Source: Spirogloea muscicola
Taxonomy: Eukaryota
NCBI GenBank assembly: GCA_009602725.1
Contig: WELB01000012.1
Coordinates: 577,487 to 609,858, forward strand
DNA length: 32,372 nucleotides
Direction of reading: 5' to 3'
Made by a program: the position numbers and the translations under genes. Below the pieces are notes generated by a model. That model saw nothing but the letters and a program-made list of their open reading frames with translations. It searched no databases and was not told the DNA's origin. This document shows positions 22,401 to 31,761 of this stretch, piece after piece (within the stretch, counting starts at the first letter, position 1; each line of letters begins with the position of its first letter).

Positions 22401-23568
22401 CCAGCTTTCTCTAACCGCAGCACTACGTGACCTCTCGCGCTGCTTACCAACGCTTGCAGAGGGTCATGCAGATTTTGCGGCATGGGCACGCTGTTCTGAC
22501 AGGAAAGCGCAGGGCCTTTACTCTCACGCTGCGGACGTGCAGGCCGCCTCTGACTTGCAGGGACTGCTCAAGGACGATGGACGTGGCCTCACCCGGCTCC
22601 TCTCCATCAGCTCCCCAGGCGCGTCGGAGTGGTTAAATGCTCTGCCGATATACGAGTCCCTTCGGCTCTCAGACAACCTGTTTCGTACCGCGCTCCATCA
22701 CCACCTCGGCCTCCCCCCCCTTTGCTTGGCTGGCATCCGCCAGTGCGAGTGTGGCCACATTGCCGATGACAAGCTCGCCCTAGCCGCGCACATGCTGAGG
22801 TGTGCTGAGGGGGGTGAGCGCATTGCCTCCCACGACTTACTCAGGGATACAATGTTTGGAATTTTGCGAGAGGCGGGGTATCATCCGGCGATGGAGGTGT
22901 CCGGCATCATGCCAATCTCCTTCAGGCGCGGCAAGCCATACGTGCGGCGTCTGGACGTGGTCGCCACCCCCCGGGGCGGTGGGCCTCGTCTGCTCCTGGA
23001 CGTGGTACTGATCGACGCATACAAGGCTGGCGCACCCACGTCAACCGTGTCTGGCTGGGCCACGTCCAGCGCGGAGCGCAAGAAGGAGCGGCACTACCAG
23101 GACCATCCCCGAGGGGACCATCTTTGCCCGTGTGCCATGGATATCTACGGCGGCTACGGCTTGAAATGGTCCTCTCTGATCCAGCATCTGGCCCGGCTGG
23201 TTGATGCGCGTCGTAGAAGTCGGGGGGGCAGCTTGGGCCACTCCAGCATTCCACAGGCCTTAGTTGCATACTATAGAATGCGGCTCTCGCTTTGTTTGCT
23301 GCGCTCGCAAGCCTTGGCTCTTCATCAACGTGCAGGGCGCGCTCTAAGTCGGGCCTCCGGCTTTCGTGGCGGTGCTCCAGCTCCCCAAGTTAGCTTGTCC
23401 GATTTGTTTGTGCTCTCCCGTGGGTACTAATGTCACCTTTAGGCACCTTAGTTTAGGTCTCTATATTATGTAGCCTTGTTTAGTTTGCACTCGCCTCTGC
23501 TTGAACTGTGTATTGGCTTGAATTGGCCTCCCTTTTCATTTCATGCGCCCCGCGCGCCTTTCTCTTCT
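19460..23568 (+). mobile_element. Apparently full-length RLE-type non-LTR retrotransposon, CRE-like (family A); 5' end uncertain
   Basis: Single ORF (Zn finger-RT-CCHC-RLE), a ~140-nt 3' UTR shared with dispersed fragments, ending in CTTTCTCTTCT. Homology with the sister copy reaches back to at least 19460. No LTR, poly-A or TSD seen. Confidence 0.88.
19501..23430 (+). CDS. 1309-aa retrotransposon protein: Pro/Ala-rich N-terminus, zinc finger, reverse transcriptase, CCHC knuckle, restriction-like endonuclease
   Basis: CQYC-x12-HESHC; AAGGPSG; LSKPTGGVRPIAMGE; QFGAG; SVDVKNAFNSV; GTRQGDPLG; SYADD (YADD at 21742-21753); LRPEK-like IRPEKC; VVLGAPLG; LPISKGGLG; CECG...AHMLRC; RIASHD; RLD...LLLDV...AERKKERHY...PCAMDIYGG. 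No internal stops. Confidence 0.93.
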   Translation: MAAPGPGASSGAPRDAAPGPGPPPGASPAAELPQPPSPGQQSPAPAPGAFVPPVASRPTTAASGDIGRPAPCRARPRPPPDCSAAPSAQVAAALVTRQSPPVPPPSAVPLSVAPQPSTPLHPATHAAGCMIFSSVRLPPPRPKRACPNKSPPRARKSARSEGGVATAATSRGGDGPSTSEAAPAPPTAPPMSTIPAPTIPATTAAAAVVAAVAASAATTADVAPSSPSGSSNRRRRGRRPQPPMASALPPLLPTPAIPAAAAAASTRSAATAVPQICQYCQHPWPSLRSVRMHESHCSRKANRAKQQTQALAEAANRRRQPGTPAPTPPPPAPSPAQWRWARLLDLDAVMLEPSLPTLRHIPHWARPHIQRASRPLLTRMARNSFDEAAWTVWHLLPRLVLGPLPSGPSRRAVMLARIQRFEGGAWEQLLEEHRAAVQVSQANRPTPATSEASAVRRAIRFGRAGDLSRAAQALDPATPAPHDAETLAALQTLHPPAPSSLPPWLEEFQPPTMVDLNPEALRTALVQSRKAAAGGPSGMLFEHLRELWLDDEAGDFSLLHKVCQAVARGLLPPKARAALTSSTLLALSKPTGGVRPIAMGEVLTRLVSKTLFQQNREAAQLHFSPHQFGAGLSAGAETVVHGLRVALDCNPDWMALSVDVKNAFNSVDRGVIAEELRTHFPSLIPFFRCSYGAPSRLLWGAGTSQVVLQSSTGTRQGDPLGGFLFALAHLRALRNTAKAHPAVLIPSYADDTTLVGPPTEVTSAYSTLERELHSLGLSIRPEKCSAWSPAGIPTSSKLPAGCQTPPLGMVVLGAPLGAAAYVEQVVESTLENHLRTLPALPSLQDAQLAVAILTRCVAQRPTYLLRTVPPTTALNAIYSIVDSRLQQALHGLVDHPDLSATPAAILQCTLPISKGGLGCRPLARLSQAAHLGCWAQVASTISSRFILRGQAVLAPAIAGVATGNLPFQLSLTAALRDLSRCLPTLAEGHADFAAWARCSDRKAQGLYSHAADVQAASDLQGLLKDDGRGLTRLLSISSPGASEWLNALPIYESLRLSDNLFRTALHHHLGLPPLCLAGIRQCECGHIADDKLALAAHMLRCAEGGERIASHDLLRDTMFGILREAGYHPAMEVSGIMPISFRRGKPYVRRLDVVATPRGGGPRLLLDVVLIDAYKAGAPTSTVSGWATSSAERKKERHYQDHPRGDHLCPCAMDIYGGYGLKWSSLIQHLARLVDARRRSRGGSLGHSSIPQALVAYYRMRLSLCLLRSQALALHQRAGRALSRASGFRGGAPAPQVSLSDLFVLSRGY

Positions 23569-23944
23569 ATGGCGCGGCGTTGGCGCAGGCGTGGCTCGCG
23601 GCAAGAGGGTAAAACCTTGCAAGCGCCGCTCGCCCCGACTTCGACCGGGCGCGGCGAAGAACCTAGCGCTGCCTGATAAGCCCGGTTCGGCCGTTGGCTA
23701 TGCTGGTTGGCTAAGCCGGATGGCCGGCTATCGTGGGCCCGTCACCCGTCTCAGTGGCCGACTCGACCGTAAGATGGTCATCTTCAGCCGTCCGTTCCAC
23801 GATCGCCCCGCCACCGCTCCTGTAGCGCCCACCATCACGGTCTTGTGGGTTGTTGAGGTACCTTCAGATGGGCTTCCCTCGTTGCGCCTCGAACGGTCTT
23901 CTGACGGGCGGCGTCGAGTGTGGGCTTTGGCCCTTGTAGTCGCT

Positions 23945-24007
23945 CCGTTGTTGTTGTCGTCCGCCTTTGATGAGCGGCCGTTGTTGTTGTTGTCCGCATT
24001 TGATGAA
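23945..24007. repeat. 33-bp tandem duplication with (TTG)n
   Basis: CCGTTGTTGTTGTYGTCCGCMTTTGATGA twice. Confidence 0.8.
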
Positions 24008-24017
24008 AGGTCGCCGC

Positions 24018-25256
24018 GAGAGAGAGAGTGAGCAAGCGCGGCCAGATTACTGGTGGCTGGGAGAGGCCAGCCCGAAAATATGGACAAGGTCTAAAGGAGC
24101 AGGAGTGCTAAGGACTGAGACAGCAGCAAGCGGACTCTCTGTAACCTCTAGTCAGTAGATGCAAGTCTGAATAGCTCGCAGGAGGAAAGATGTCGCCCTG
24201 ACGGAAGCCGGAGGCCGCCGCCAAAGCGTGGCCTGCACGCAAGTGGACCGCGAAGGCAAGGGACCGCTGCAAAGAGGTGGCCAAGCGCATCTGGAAGACT
24301 TGGGCGAGGGACCCGGCGACATTGAAGCCAGGCTGCTCGCCCTGCTGCCCGTGGCGGCGGGCCGCTGCTCGCCGCGCAAGGCGGTGAAGCAGGTCAAGCC
24401 ATCTTGCGCCAAAGGCGCCGTGTACGTCGACGGCGAGTGGGACAAACTCGTCTTCCACCGGGTGATCCGAGTATTTCCGTTCATTGACGCCTGCCGCTTG
24501 GCAGACTGCGTAGCCTGCCTCCTCCGACGAGCGTTTGGCGCTCCTGGAATCAGAAGAGTCAGTCGTGACGACGTCGGCAATGAGCCGAGGCCCCCCGCCG
24601 AGCGCGCTGGCGACGAGATTGGCGCGCCGAGTGTGGAGGCGGCCATCCGCCCCAGCGGTCGGAGGCATGATGCTGGTATTCTCGAGCGCCACAGTGTAAC
24701 CAGCCTCCACGAATATGCCAAACATGGCATTGCGTAGCAAGTCGTGGGTGCCGGTCCGCTCCCCTCCCCGTGCGCACCGGAGCATATGGGCCGCCAAAGA
24801 CGCCGCGTCAGGGCTGCGCTCGCCGCACTCGCATTGCTGTACTCCACTTAGGCAGGGTGGGTGGAGGCCGAGTAGGCGGTGCACCGCCGGACGGAATGCG
24901 TCGTCCGGCATCCGAAGCGCGTCGTGGATCGGCAGAGCAGACAACCAAGCAGCCGCCCCTGGTGAGGACGCCGAGAGCAGCCGCGCGCGCCCCCGGACGC
25001 CGTGGAGAAAGAGGCCGCATCTACCTCCGCCATGAAGCGAGCTTGGGCCCGGAGGTCGGCCGTGCGAGCGAGGAGAGCGAACGGGACGGCCCGTGGCACC
25101 AGGGCGGGGTGATCCGCAAGCAGCGCATCCCGGGCTGAGCGGAGAGCCGCCTGGAATTGCAACGTGCCAGTCTCCACGTCGCGGCCGCCTGCCCCAGGAG
25201 GCGGCCCCCATGCCGGATGAAACGCTGGGCCACCGAAGCCGCAACCTGCGCCCAAC
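24018..25256 (-). mobile_element. 5'-truncated, frameshifted RLE retroelement, family B
   Basis: WAQVAAS.., QFQAAL.., RLLSASSPGAAAWLSALP, QCECG..AHMLRCARGGERTGTHDLLR, GPRLIADVV, ERKYSDHP, ASYSDLHLLTRGY. The stop is AGA here but TGA in the 30280 copy. Ends in a (CT)n tail. Confidence 0.9.
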
Positions 25257-25294
25257 TCCCAGAGAGAGAGGGAGAGGAAAAGAAAGAGAGAGAC

Positions 25295-25591
25295 GTGGTC
25301 CTCCATCCTTAGCTTGAATCATGCCTAGGAAGCCAGAGATAGAGAGGAAGGAAGGGAGAGAGAGATAGAGAGAAATGGTCCTCCATCCTTAGCGTGAATC
25401 ACACACAAAAGTGTGTGACCCAGCCTAAGAAGCCACGAAGGAGGGAGAAAAGTGGTCCTCCACCCTTAGCGTGAATCACACACAAAAGTGTATGACCCAG
25501 CCAAGGAAGCCACGAAGGAGGGAGAAAAGTGGTTCTCCATCCTTAGCGTGAAACACACACAAAAGTGTATACTCCAGCCTAGGAGGCCACG
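25295..25591. repeat. Minisatellite, ~77-bp unit, 4 copies (first internally shorter), with internal hairpin
   Basis: Units begin (G)TGGTYCTCCAYCCTTAGCGTGAA at 25295, 25376, 25452 and 25529; TCACACAC-AAAA-GTGTGTGA inverted repeat in copy 2. Confidence 0.9.
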
Positions 25592-26320
25592 TGTTAAGCC
25601 AAGTCAGCTGTCCTAGTCAGATCGACACAAATAGGCAGTCGACAGGATGTAGCACAACATCCCTGCAAGGTGTCTGACGGTGCTGGACTTGTTTGCTGGT
25701 ATCTGCACAGGGCACTGGCAGGTCTTCTTCGGAGTCAGAGTTGCCCAACAAGTCTATGTGGACAAGATTCCGGAGGCGCGCGAAGCAGCTGTACAGCACA
25801 CAGACATTCTGAAAGCAAGGTACACCCACCTTCTTTCTTAGACAACCTTCAAGACTTGGGATACATGCTGCCTGGCAAATCTTAGAAAAATGATTGAGGT
25901 GGAGCATCTCAACAAGCTGCCGGAGGTTGATCTAACAATTGCGAGGGCGTTCATAGTGCAGGGTTTGATTGCAGGCTGACCACCACTCTTTTCCTTTAAA
26001 TGACACAGGTTCTGCTACCCATCCACAGCAGGCAGGGGAAACGCGGTCCGCTTAGCAAGAAACGACGACACGACGACAGGCTCTTCCTTGATCTTGGCAA
26101 AGAAGACTTGTGTAAGAGGCAAAGTACGAGAACAAATTTGTTTGAGGTGATTGCCTATCAAATTCGGAGTTAGCTGCTCCAACCCACAGCGATACATTTG
26201 GGCTGACCTTTGACAGCCATCACCTCATAGTGGATGGTTTTATCCCATTCAGCTTCTTATTGCCCTGGCACAGGCCCAGGTCTGATTGGGCCGGAAAGCG
26301 CAAATGAAGCTCTTACCACA

Positions 26321-29300
26321 AGAGAGAAGACGCGCGGAGCGCTTGAAGTATAGGGAGGCCAAGCCAACACATTGTTCAGGCAGAATCTAGTGCAACATAA
26401 ACAAAGCTACATAAAGCGGAGCCCTATGCTGAGGTATCTGAGGGTAACAGGGTCAGATTAGTACGCACGGGTGAGCACATAACAAATCCGACACATTAAC
26501 TTGGGGAGCCGGAGCGCCGCCACGGAAGCCGGTGGCCTGACTTAGAGCTCGCCCTGCAGGCTGATGAATAGCCAGAGCTTGCGATTGCTGCAAATTAACG
26601 GTCTCTTTCTTCTAACTGAGCAAAAGCAGCATTCTATGAGATGCACCTCCTGCCCCACATATGCTGCCTCGCGCAGGGGGACCCAAGCACCACCATGCCG
26701 AGGGGGGGGTTCTGGCACCCTACCGGAAGCTGAAGGGTGGGAGGGATGCCGACTGGCGACCATGCCGTGCATTTGTCGGGGCGGACTGTGAGGCCGAGAG
26801 AGTGTAGCTCACACTCCAAGGTGCTGAAGGCTCGGGTGACATTTGCAGGGGGGCCTACCAAGGTTGTGTCATCTGCATAGCTAGGCAGAAGTACCTCTGG
26901 GTGGGCCGCAGCTGTGGTGCGCAGCGCACGTAGCTGAGCCAAAGCAAAAGGAAACTGCCAAGAGGGTCGCCCTGTCAGGTAGGTGCCCGTGCATGATGTT
27001 CGGACAACCCGCGAGGTGCCCGCTCCCCATAGTAAACAAGATGCAGCCCCATCTGTGCAATGAAAGAACGGGACTAGCGAGGGGAAGAAAGTGCGGAGCT
27101 CCTCTGCTATCGCTCCGCAGTCGACGCAGTTGAATGAGTTCCAGACGTCGACGGAGAGGGCCATCCAGCTAAGATTGGAGTCCATGGCCACCCTCAGGCC
27201 ATGGACAACTGCTCCTGCTCCTGCAAAGAGCCCCGCGCCGAACTGGTGGGGGGTGAAGTGGAGATGGGCTGCTTCTCTGTGCTGCAGGAAAAGTGTCTTT
27301 GACACCAGGCGTGTGAGCACCTCGCCCATAGCGATGGATGGGGCCTACGCCCCCTGCTGCTTTGGACAGGGCGAGAAGGGTGCTGCAAGTCAACGCCGCC
27401 CGAGCATTGGGGGGGAGGAGGCCACGCGCCACCGCCTTGCACACTTTGTTTATGTGTAAACAGGAGAGGTCGCCCGCCTCATCGTCGAGCTAGAGTTGCG
27501 GAGATGTTCAAACAGCCAGCCCAATGGCCCGCCAGCTGCAGCTTTCCGGCTCCGTATCAGCGCCGACCGGAGAGCAGCCGGATCGAGCTCCGCTGGCGTT
27601 GGGGGCTGAAAATCGTCAAGCCAGGGCGGAAGGGGATTTCGGGCTGGGGGATGAAGGGCCCGCAGGGCAGCCAGTGTGTCGGCGTTGTGGGGTGCCGGCG
27701 TAGCTGGATCCAAGGCTTGGGCGGCGAGTGAGAGTTCCCTGCACGGCCAAAGCGTATAGCGTGGTGGACGGCTGTTGCGGCTGGGGTGGCAGGGGTCGGT
27801 TGATTGGCATTTGACACCTGGACAGCAGCCCGATGCTCCTCCCTGAGCTGCTCCCATGCACCGCTCTCAAAGGAGTTGGAGGCGCTCCAGTAGCACTGCT
27901 CGCTGGCCTGGTCCACTTGGTGAAGGTCCCAGGACTAGTCGAGGGAGACGCTGGAAGACCGTCCACGCAGCGTCATCAAAGCTGCTGCGCGCCATGCGGG
28001 TGAGGATGGGCCGGGCTGCACGCTAGCAGGTGGGGCCGTGCCCAATGTGGAATGTGCCTCAGGGGTGGCAGGCTGGGCTCACGAAGAACTGCATCCAGGT
28101 CGAGGAGCTTCGCCCAACACCACTGAGCTGGCAAGGGAGCTGGGGGAGGGGGTGCCAGCGTTGGGGTGCCGGGCTGCCGTCGTCGGGTAGAGGCCTCAGC
28201 ACGGGCTTGGGCCTGCAGCGAGGCGCGATTGGCCTTCCTGAAGCAGTGGTGCTCGTATGCGAAGGCTCCGCAGGCTAGGCCAGGGCTGCTGACAGTACCC
28301 GCAGGTTTGGGGGACAGCTGTTGCAGCAGGGCGTGTAGATGGAGCTGCTGCAGCTGCAGGGATGGCAGGAGTAGGGAGGAGAGGCGGGAGGGCTGGGGCC
28401 ATCGGGGGCTGGGTGGCCAAAGGAGTAGGACCTGCAGCCAAGGTTGCCCCAGAGCGGGGGGGCGACTCGCCGATGGGGGCCTTGTCGGCCCATTCTGCGC
28501 CCATTGCCGGGTCTGCTGGAGGATTGAGAAGCAGCAGCAGAGGCAGGAGGGATGGCGGGGGTGGGACGGAGGCCCGAATGTGCCGGGGTCGCCGAGGGCG
28601 GGGTGGCCGAAGGGGCAGCTAGCAGCGGTGCTTGTCGTGTGAGGGGGCAAAGCTTGCTGGTGGGAGCCCTGCCGGACCGCCCTGCGCCTGGTTCTCGAGC
28701 TGCTGGTGGAAAGGGAGGAAGCCACGGTGGCAGGAGGCGTGACGGGGGTGGAAAGGAAAGCCAGCCTGTGTCGGCGCCGCTGGTCCCTCCTGCGCCTGCT
28801 ACTGGAACCACTTGTGCTTGGAGGAGCCACATCGGCGGTAGCGGCAGCAGTAGCGGCAACGGCAGCAACAACAGCAGCGGCAGCGGTAGTCCACGGAATA
28901 GTGGACATGGGAGGGGCAGTTGGAGGGGCAGGGGCCGCCAAGAGTGGGGTGGCTGTGGGGGGACCATCGGGCGGCACATCTGTGTCCAAGGACGCACTTG
29001 CAGGGGGCACATGCGAGGAAGTGGAGGGGGCATGCACACCTCGCTCGTACTAGGGCCGTCTCCGCCCCGGGAAGTGGCGGCAGTGGCCACTCCACCCTCC
29101 CTGCGTGCAATCTTCCTGGCCCCGGGAGGCGGCTTGTTGGGGCAAGCCCGCTTCGGACGAGGAGGCGGCGGCCGCACGCTGGAGGATACCGCACACGCCG
29201 CGGCATGAGTGGCAGGGTGCAAGGGCGTGCTCGGCTGCGGTGCGACGGACAGCGGTACTGCTGAGGGAGGCGGGACGGGAGGCGATTGACGGAGGACGAG

Positions 29301-29622
29301 TGCGGCTGCAGCCGGAGCAGAAGAGGCTGCGCCGCGGCCCTGGGGCCCCGGGGCCTGGCGCGGCATGAAGCGGGGCGCCCGAGGACGCCCGAGGCGGCCG
29401 TCGTGTGGCGTGAGGTGACGGGCGGAGCAGATGCCACTGGCACGGGCGCGGGAGACTGCTGCCCAGGCGAGGGTGGCTGGGGAAGCTCGGCAGCCGGCGA
29501 GGCGCCCGCAGGGGGGGGCCGGGGCCTGGCACGGCATCGAGCGGGGCGCGCCGAGGGCGACTCGGAGCCTGGCGCGGCCATGAGCTCGGCGGCGCGGGCG
29601 CGCCAGCCGGCGGTGGCGTGGG
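26321..29622 (-). pseudogene. Decayed family A retroelement: frameshifted, ~1.3 kb internally missing, N-terminal region expanded
   Basis: Collinear with 19460-21975 (MAAPG.., MGEVLTRLVSKTLF, LLPSYADDTTLVGPP), then jumps at ~26640 to sequence matching ~23265-23568. The 5' side stops at the single N at 29623. Confidence 0.9.
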
Positions 29623-29623
29623 N
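29623..29623. other. Single ambiguous base, probable contig join
   Basis: The n coincides with an abrupt switch from family A to family C sequence. Confidence 0.7.
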
Positions 29624-29639
29624 AAAACGAGTCTAAAAT

Positions 29640-29820
29640 GGAGAGTTTTCTTGTATCTGAAAGAAACTAAGGCCAAATAGCCAAGTACAAAGGCAAGCAC
29701 GTCTAACGACGTACATCACCTTCAGCAGATTGACCCGCTCAGTAACCACGGGTCAATACATGGAAGTCGCTAATCGTTGCCTGAATACTGTATGGCAGAC
29801 ACGAAGCACTTTCTGCCACC
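29640..29820 (-). mobile_element. Family C 3' end
   Basis: Reverse complement aligns to 18332-18500, including the TTGACCCG/CGGGTCAA hairpin. Confidence 0.85.
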
Positions 29821-29837
29821 AGGAGGCTACATGTAAC

Positions 29838-30067
29838 GGAGAAGAAGAAGTGGCTCTCCTAATGGGGGCAAGGGCTGTGGGAAGCCAGCCCGAAAAGAAT
29901 TGACAAGGTTCGAAGGGGCCAAAGTACGCGCTACGCAGCGACTTCGGGGCCTGAAGAGGCTGTGGCAGAACGGGGGAGGATGGACCACTCAGTAGTTACG
30001 AGTGAGGAGCCTCAAATCCGACAGACTAGCTGCCGGGAAACTATCCCCCTGACGAAAGCCGGAGGCA
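29838..30067 (-). mobile_element. Family D 3' end with complete 3' UTR
   Basis: ASGFRQGDSFPAASLSDLRLLTRNY* followed by a UTR ending TTTTCGGGCTGGCTTCCCACAGCCCTTGCCCCCATTAGGAGAGCCACTTCTTCTTCTCC. Confidence 0.85.
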
Positions 30068-30186
30068 CTATCCCCCTAACGAGGCCCTACGCTAAGATGG
30101 CTGGCTAGGTTTGAGGAGGGGCGTCCTAGCGAGCGACTGGGCTTGGGGTAAGCGCACGTGGGCTTTCCGCCTCGCCCTCTCCAGGA

Positions 30187-30393
30187 GGCCGCGCTCTGGC
30201 GGCGGCCTCCGGCTTCCGTCAGGGCGACGTCTTTCCGCCTGCTAGCTACTCAGATTTGCATCTACTGACGAGAGGTTACTGAGAGTTCGCTTACTGCTGT
30301 CTCAGTCCTTAGCACTCCGACTCCTTCAGACCTTGTCCATTCTTTTGGGCTGGCCTCTCCCAGCCACCAGTAAATCTGGCCGCGCTTGCTCTC
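30187..30393 (+). mobile_element. Family B 3' end with complete 3' UTR
   Basis: GRALAAASGFRQGDVFPPASYSDLHLLTRGY*; reverse-complement match to 24030-24233. Confidence 0.9.
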
Positions 30394-30520
30394 CAGGAAG
30401 AGTCTTTACCAGCCCCTCTTCTCTATGGGCGCGCACTTCCTTTCGCCTACCGCGCCGCCCTTGGCCGTGGCCAGCTGAGGGCGGCGCGGTAGGGCGCAGC
30501 CAGCCGGAGCTGGATGGAGA

Positions 30521-30823
30521 CGAGAAGAAGTTAAGTGTATTTGAAAGAAACGAAGGCCAAATGGCCAAGTACAAGGGCAAGCACATCTAAAGACCTACAT
30601 ACCCTACAGCAGATTGACCCGCTCAGTAACCACGGGTCAAAACATAAAGGTCGCTAATCGATGCCTGATTACTAGATGGCAAATACGAAGCCCTTCTTGT
30701 TCATTCTTTTTGGGGCTGGCTTTTTCAGCTCCTATCCTCAATGGGCGAGCTCTTTCTCTGCCACCAACTAGAGCTCGCCCAGCTTTCTGGTGCAAAGCAT
30801 TAGCCTGAGCACGCTGCAAACAG
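30521..30823 (-). mobile_element. Family C 3' end interrupted by a 62-bp opposite-strand insert (30697-30758)
   Basis: QRAQANALHQKAGRALVGGR...ASISDLYVLTRGY*; aligns with 18295-18500 once the insert is removed. Confidence 0.88.
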
Positions 30824-31027
30824 GCCGAAACTCGTCATCGCAAGAACGACAGGTATGATATGCAGCTGGCAAGCCCATCTCAGCCGGGAACACATCTGCA
30901 TGTCGTGTAGCCTAGATTGGCAACATTCTGAAGGAGAGTGTGGAAACGAGGAACTAAGCAGCCAAAATTGTCGATTGCCGCTGGCAGGAGCTGATCACTT
31001 TGGGGGTAATCGGAGTAGTGCTGCAGC

Positions 31028-31135
31028 GAGAAGGAGGCGCGCATGAAATGAAAGGGTGGCAATGTAAGGCAGTACCCCGTCAGGCAAAGCCAGTGCACAT
31101 AGAGGGGCTACATAAAGCGAAGCCTATGCATGGCT
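31028..31135 (-). mobile_element. Diverged family A-type 3' UTR fragment
   Basis: GCGCGCATGAAATGAAAGGGTGGC and GCTACATAAAGCGAAGCCTATGC match 10207-10228 and 26406-26429. Confidence 0.7.
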
Positions 31136-31247
31136 ATTGTATTAGCGTGACGTTGGTCCCAGATCTAACAGGTGAGCACAAGTGGGGCGAGTGCACTGGG
31201 CGATGGAAGGCCAAAGAAAGAGCGGGCGTGTACGGAGGCAAGCACTT

Positions 31248-31452
31248 CTGCACGTGTGAATTACTTACTTCTGATGCCGACCGGCTCCGCTGGAGGAGGC
31301 CGAGGTGGGGCCAGCGCCTCCCCGCCAGGGTGGGCCGACGAGGGCGGCACGCCCGGCGCGGCCCAGCCCGGCGCCGTCCGGGCGGGGGCGAGAATCTTCC
31401 GGATGCGCGGACGTGCGGGGCCCCGCGATTGACGGCAGGCCACCTCCAATGG
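31248..31452. repeat. GC-rich dispersed repeat, copy 2 (copy 1 at 10322-10530)
   Basis: CCGGCTCCGCTGGAGGAGGCCGAGGTGGGGCC...GGCCGACGAGGGCG...GCCCGGC...GAATCT...GCCCCGCGATTGACGGCAGGCC. Confidence 0.65.
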
Positions 31453-31723
31453 GTTTTCCGGTAAGCGGCGGCCTTCCGGCTCCTGAGGCTGCTTAGCAGG
31501 GGTTAGTGAGACGTTCGTAACTGCTTAGGGCCGGGTTATAAAGGGTCGGTCGGCCGCGCCGAGGGGTACGTGTCGCGCGTTGTATGGAATGACCGGCCGT
31601 AACACTGGCGCGGGCCCGGTCGTAGTCGCTCGCCACGAAGGCGCCACATCAGGACGCTGACCAGGACGCCTTCTGCCCCCGTTAGGAAACGGAGGAAACG
31701 GCGCTGTGTGTAAGGAGGGTGGC

Positions 31724-31761
31724 CGGAATCGGGACCACCTCCGGAGGTAGTCCCGATTCCG
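31724..31761. repeat. 38-bp near-perfect palindrome
   Basis: CGGAATCGGGAC-C-ACCTCCGGAGGT-A-GTCCCGATTCCG, one mismatched pair. Confidence 0.9.

Noticed and set aside
24108..25322. 404-aa ORF as an intact stand-alone nuclease gene
   Set aside because: The start lies in the flanking minisatellite/GA tract, the homologous N-terminal part is in other frames, and the normal stop is mutated. It is a truncated retroelement.
25369..25381. GAGAAATGGTCC resembling the 3' end of plant U6 snRNA
   Set aside because: Only ~12 nt match, with no ACAGAGA box or other U6 sequence. It is part of the minisatellite.
25617..26300. Lower-GC stretch with short minus-strand ORFs, possibly a decayed gene
   Set aside because: Stops in all frames and no recognisable domain. 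A tBLASTx/HMM search would be needed.
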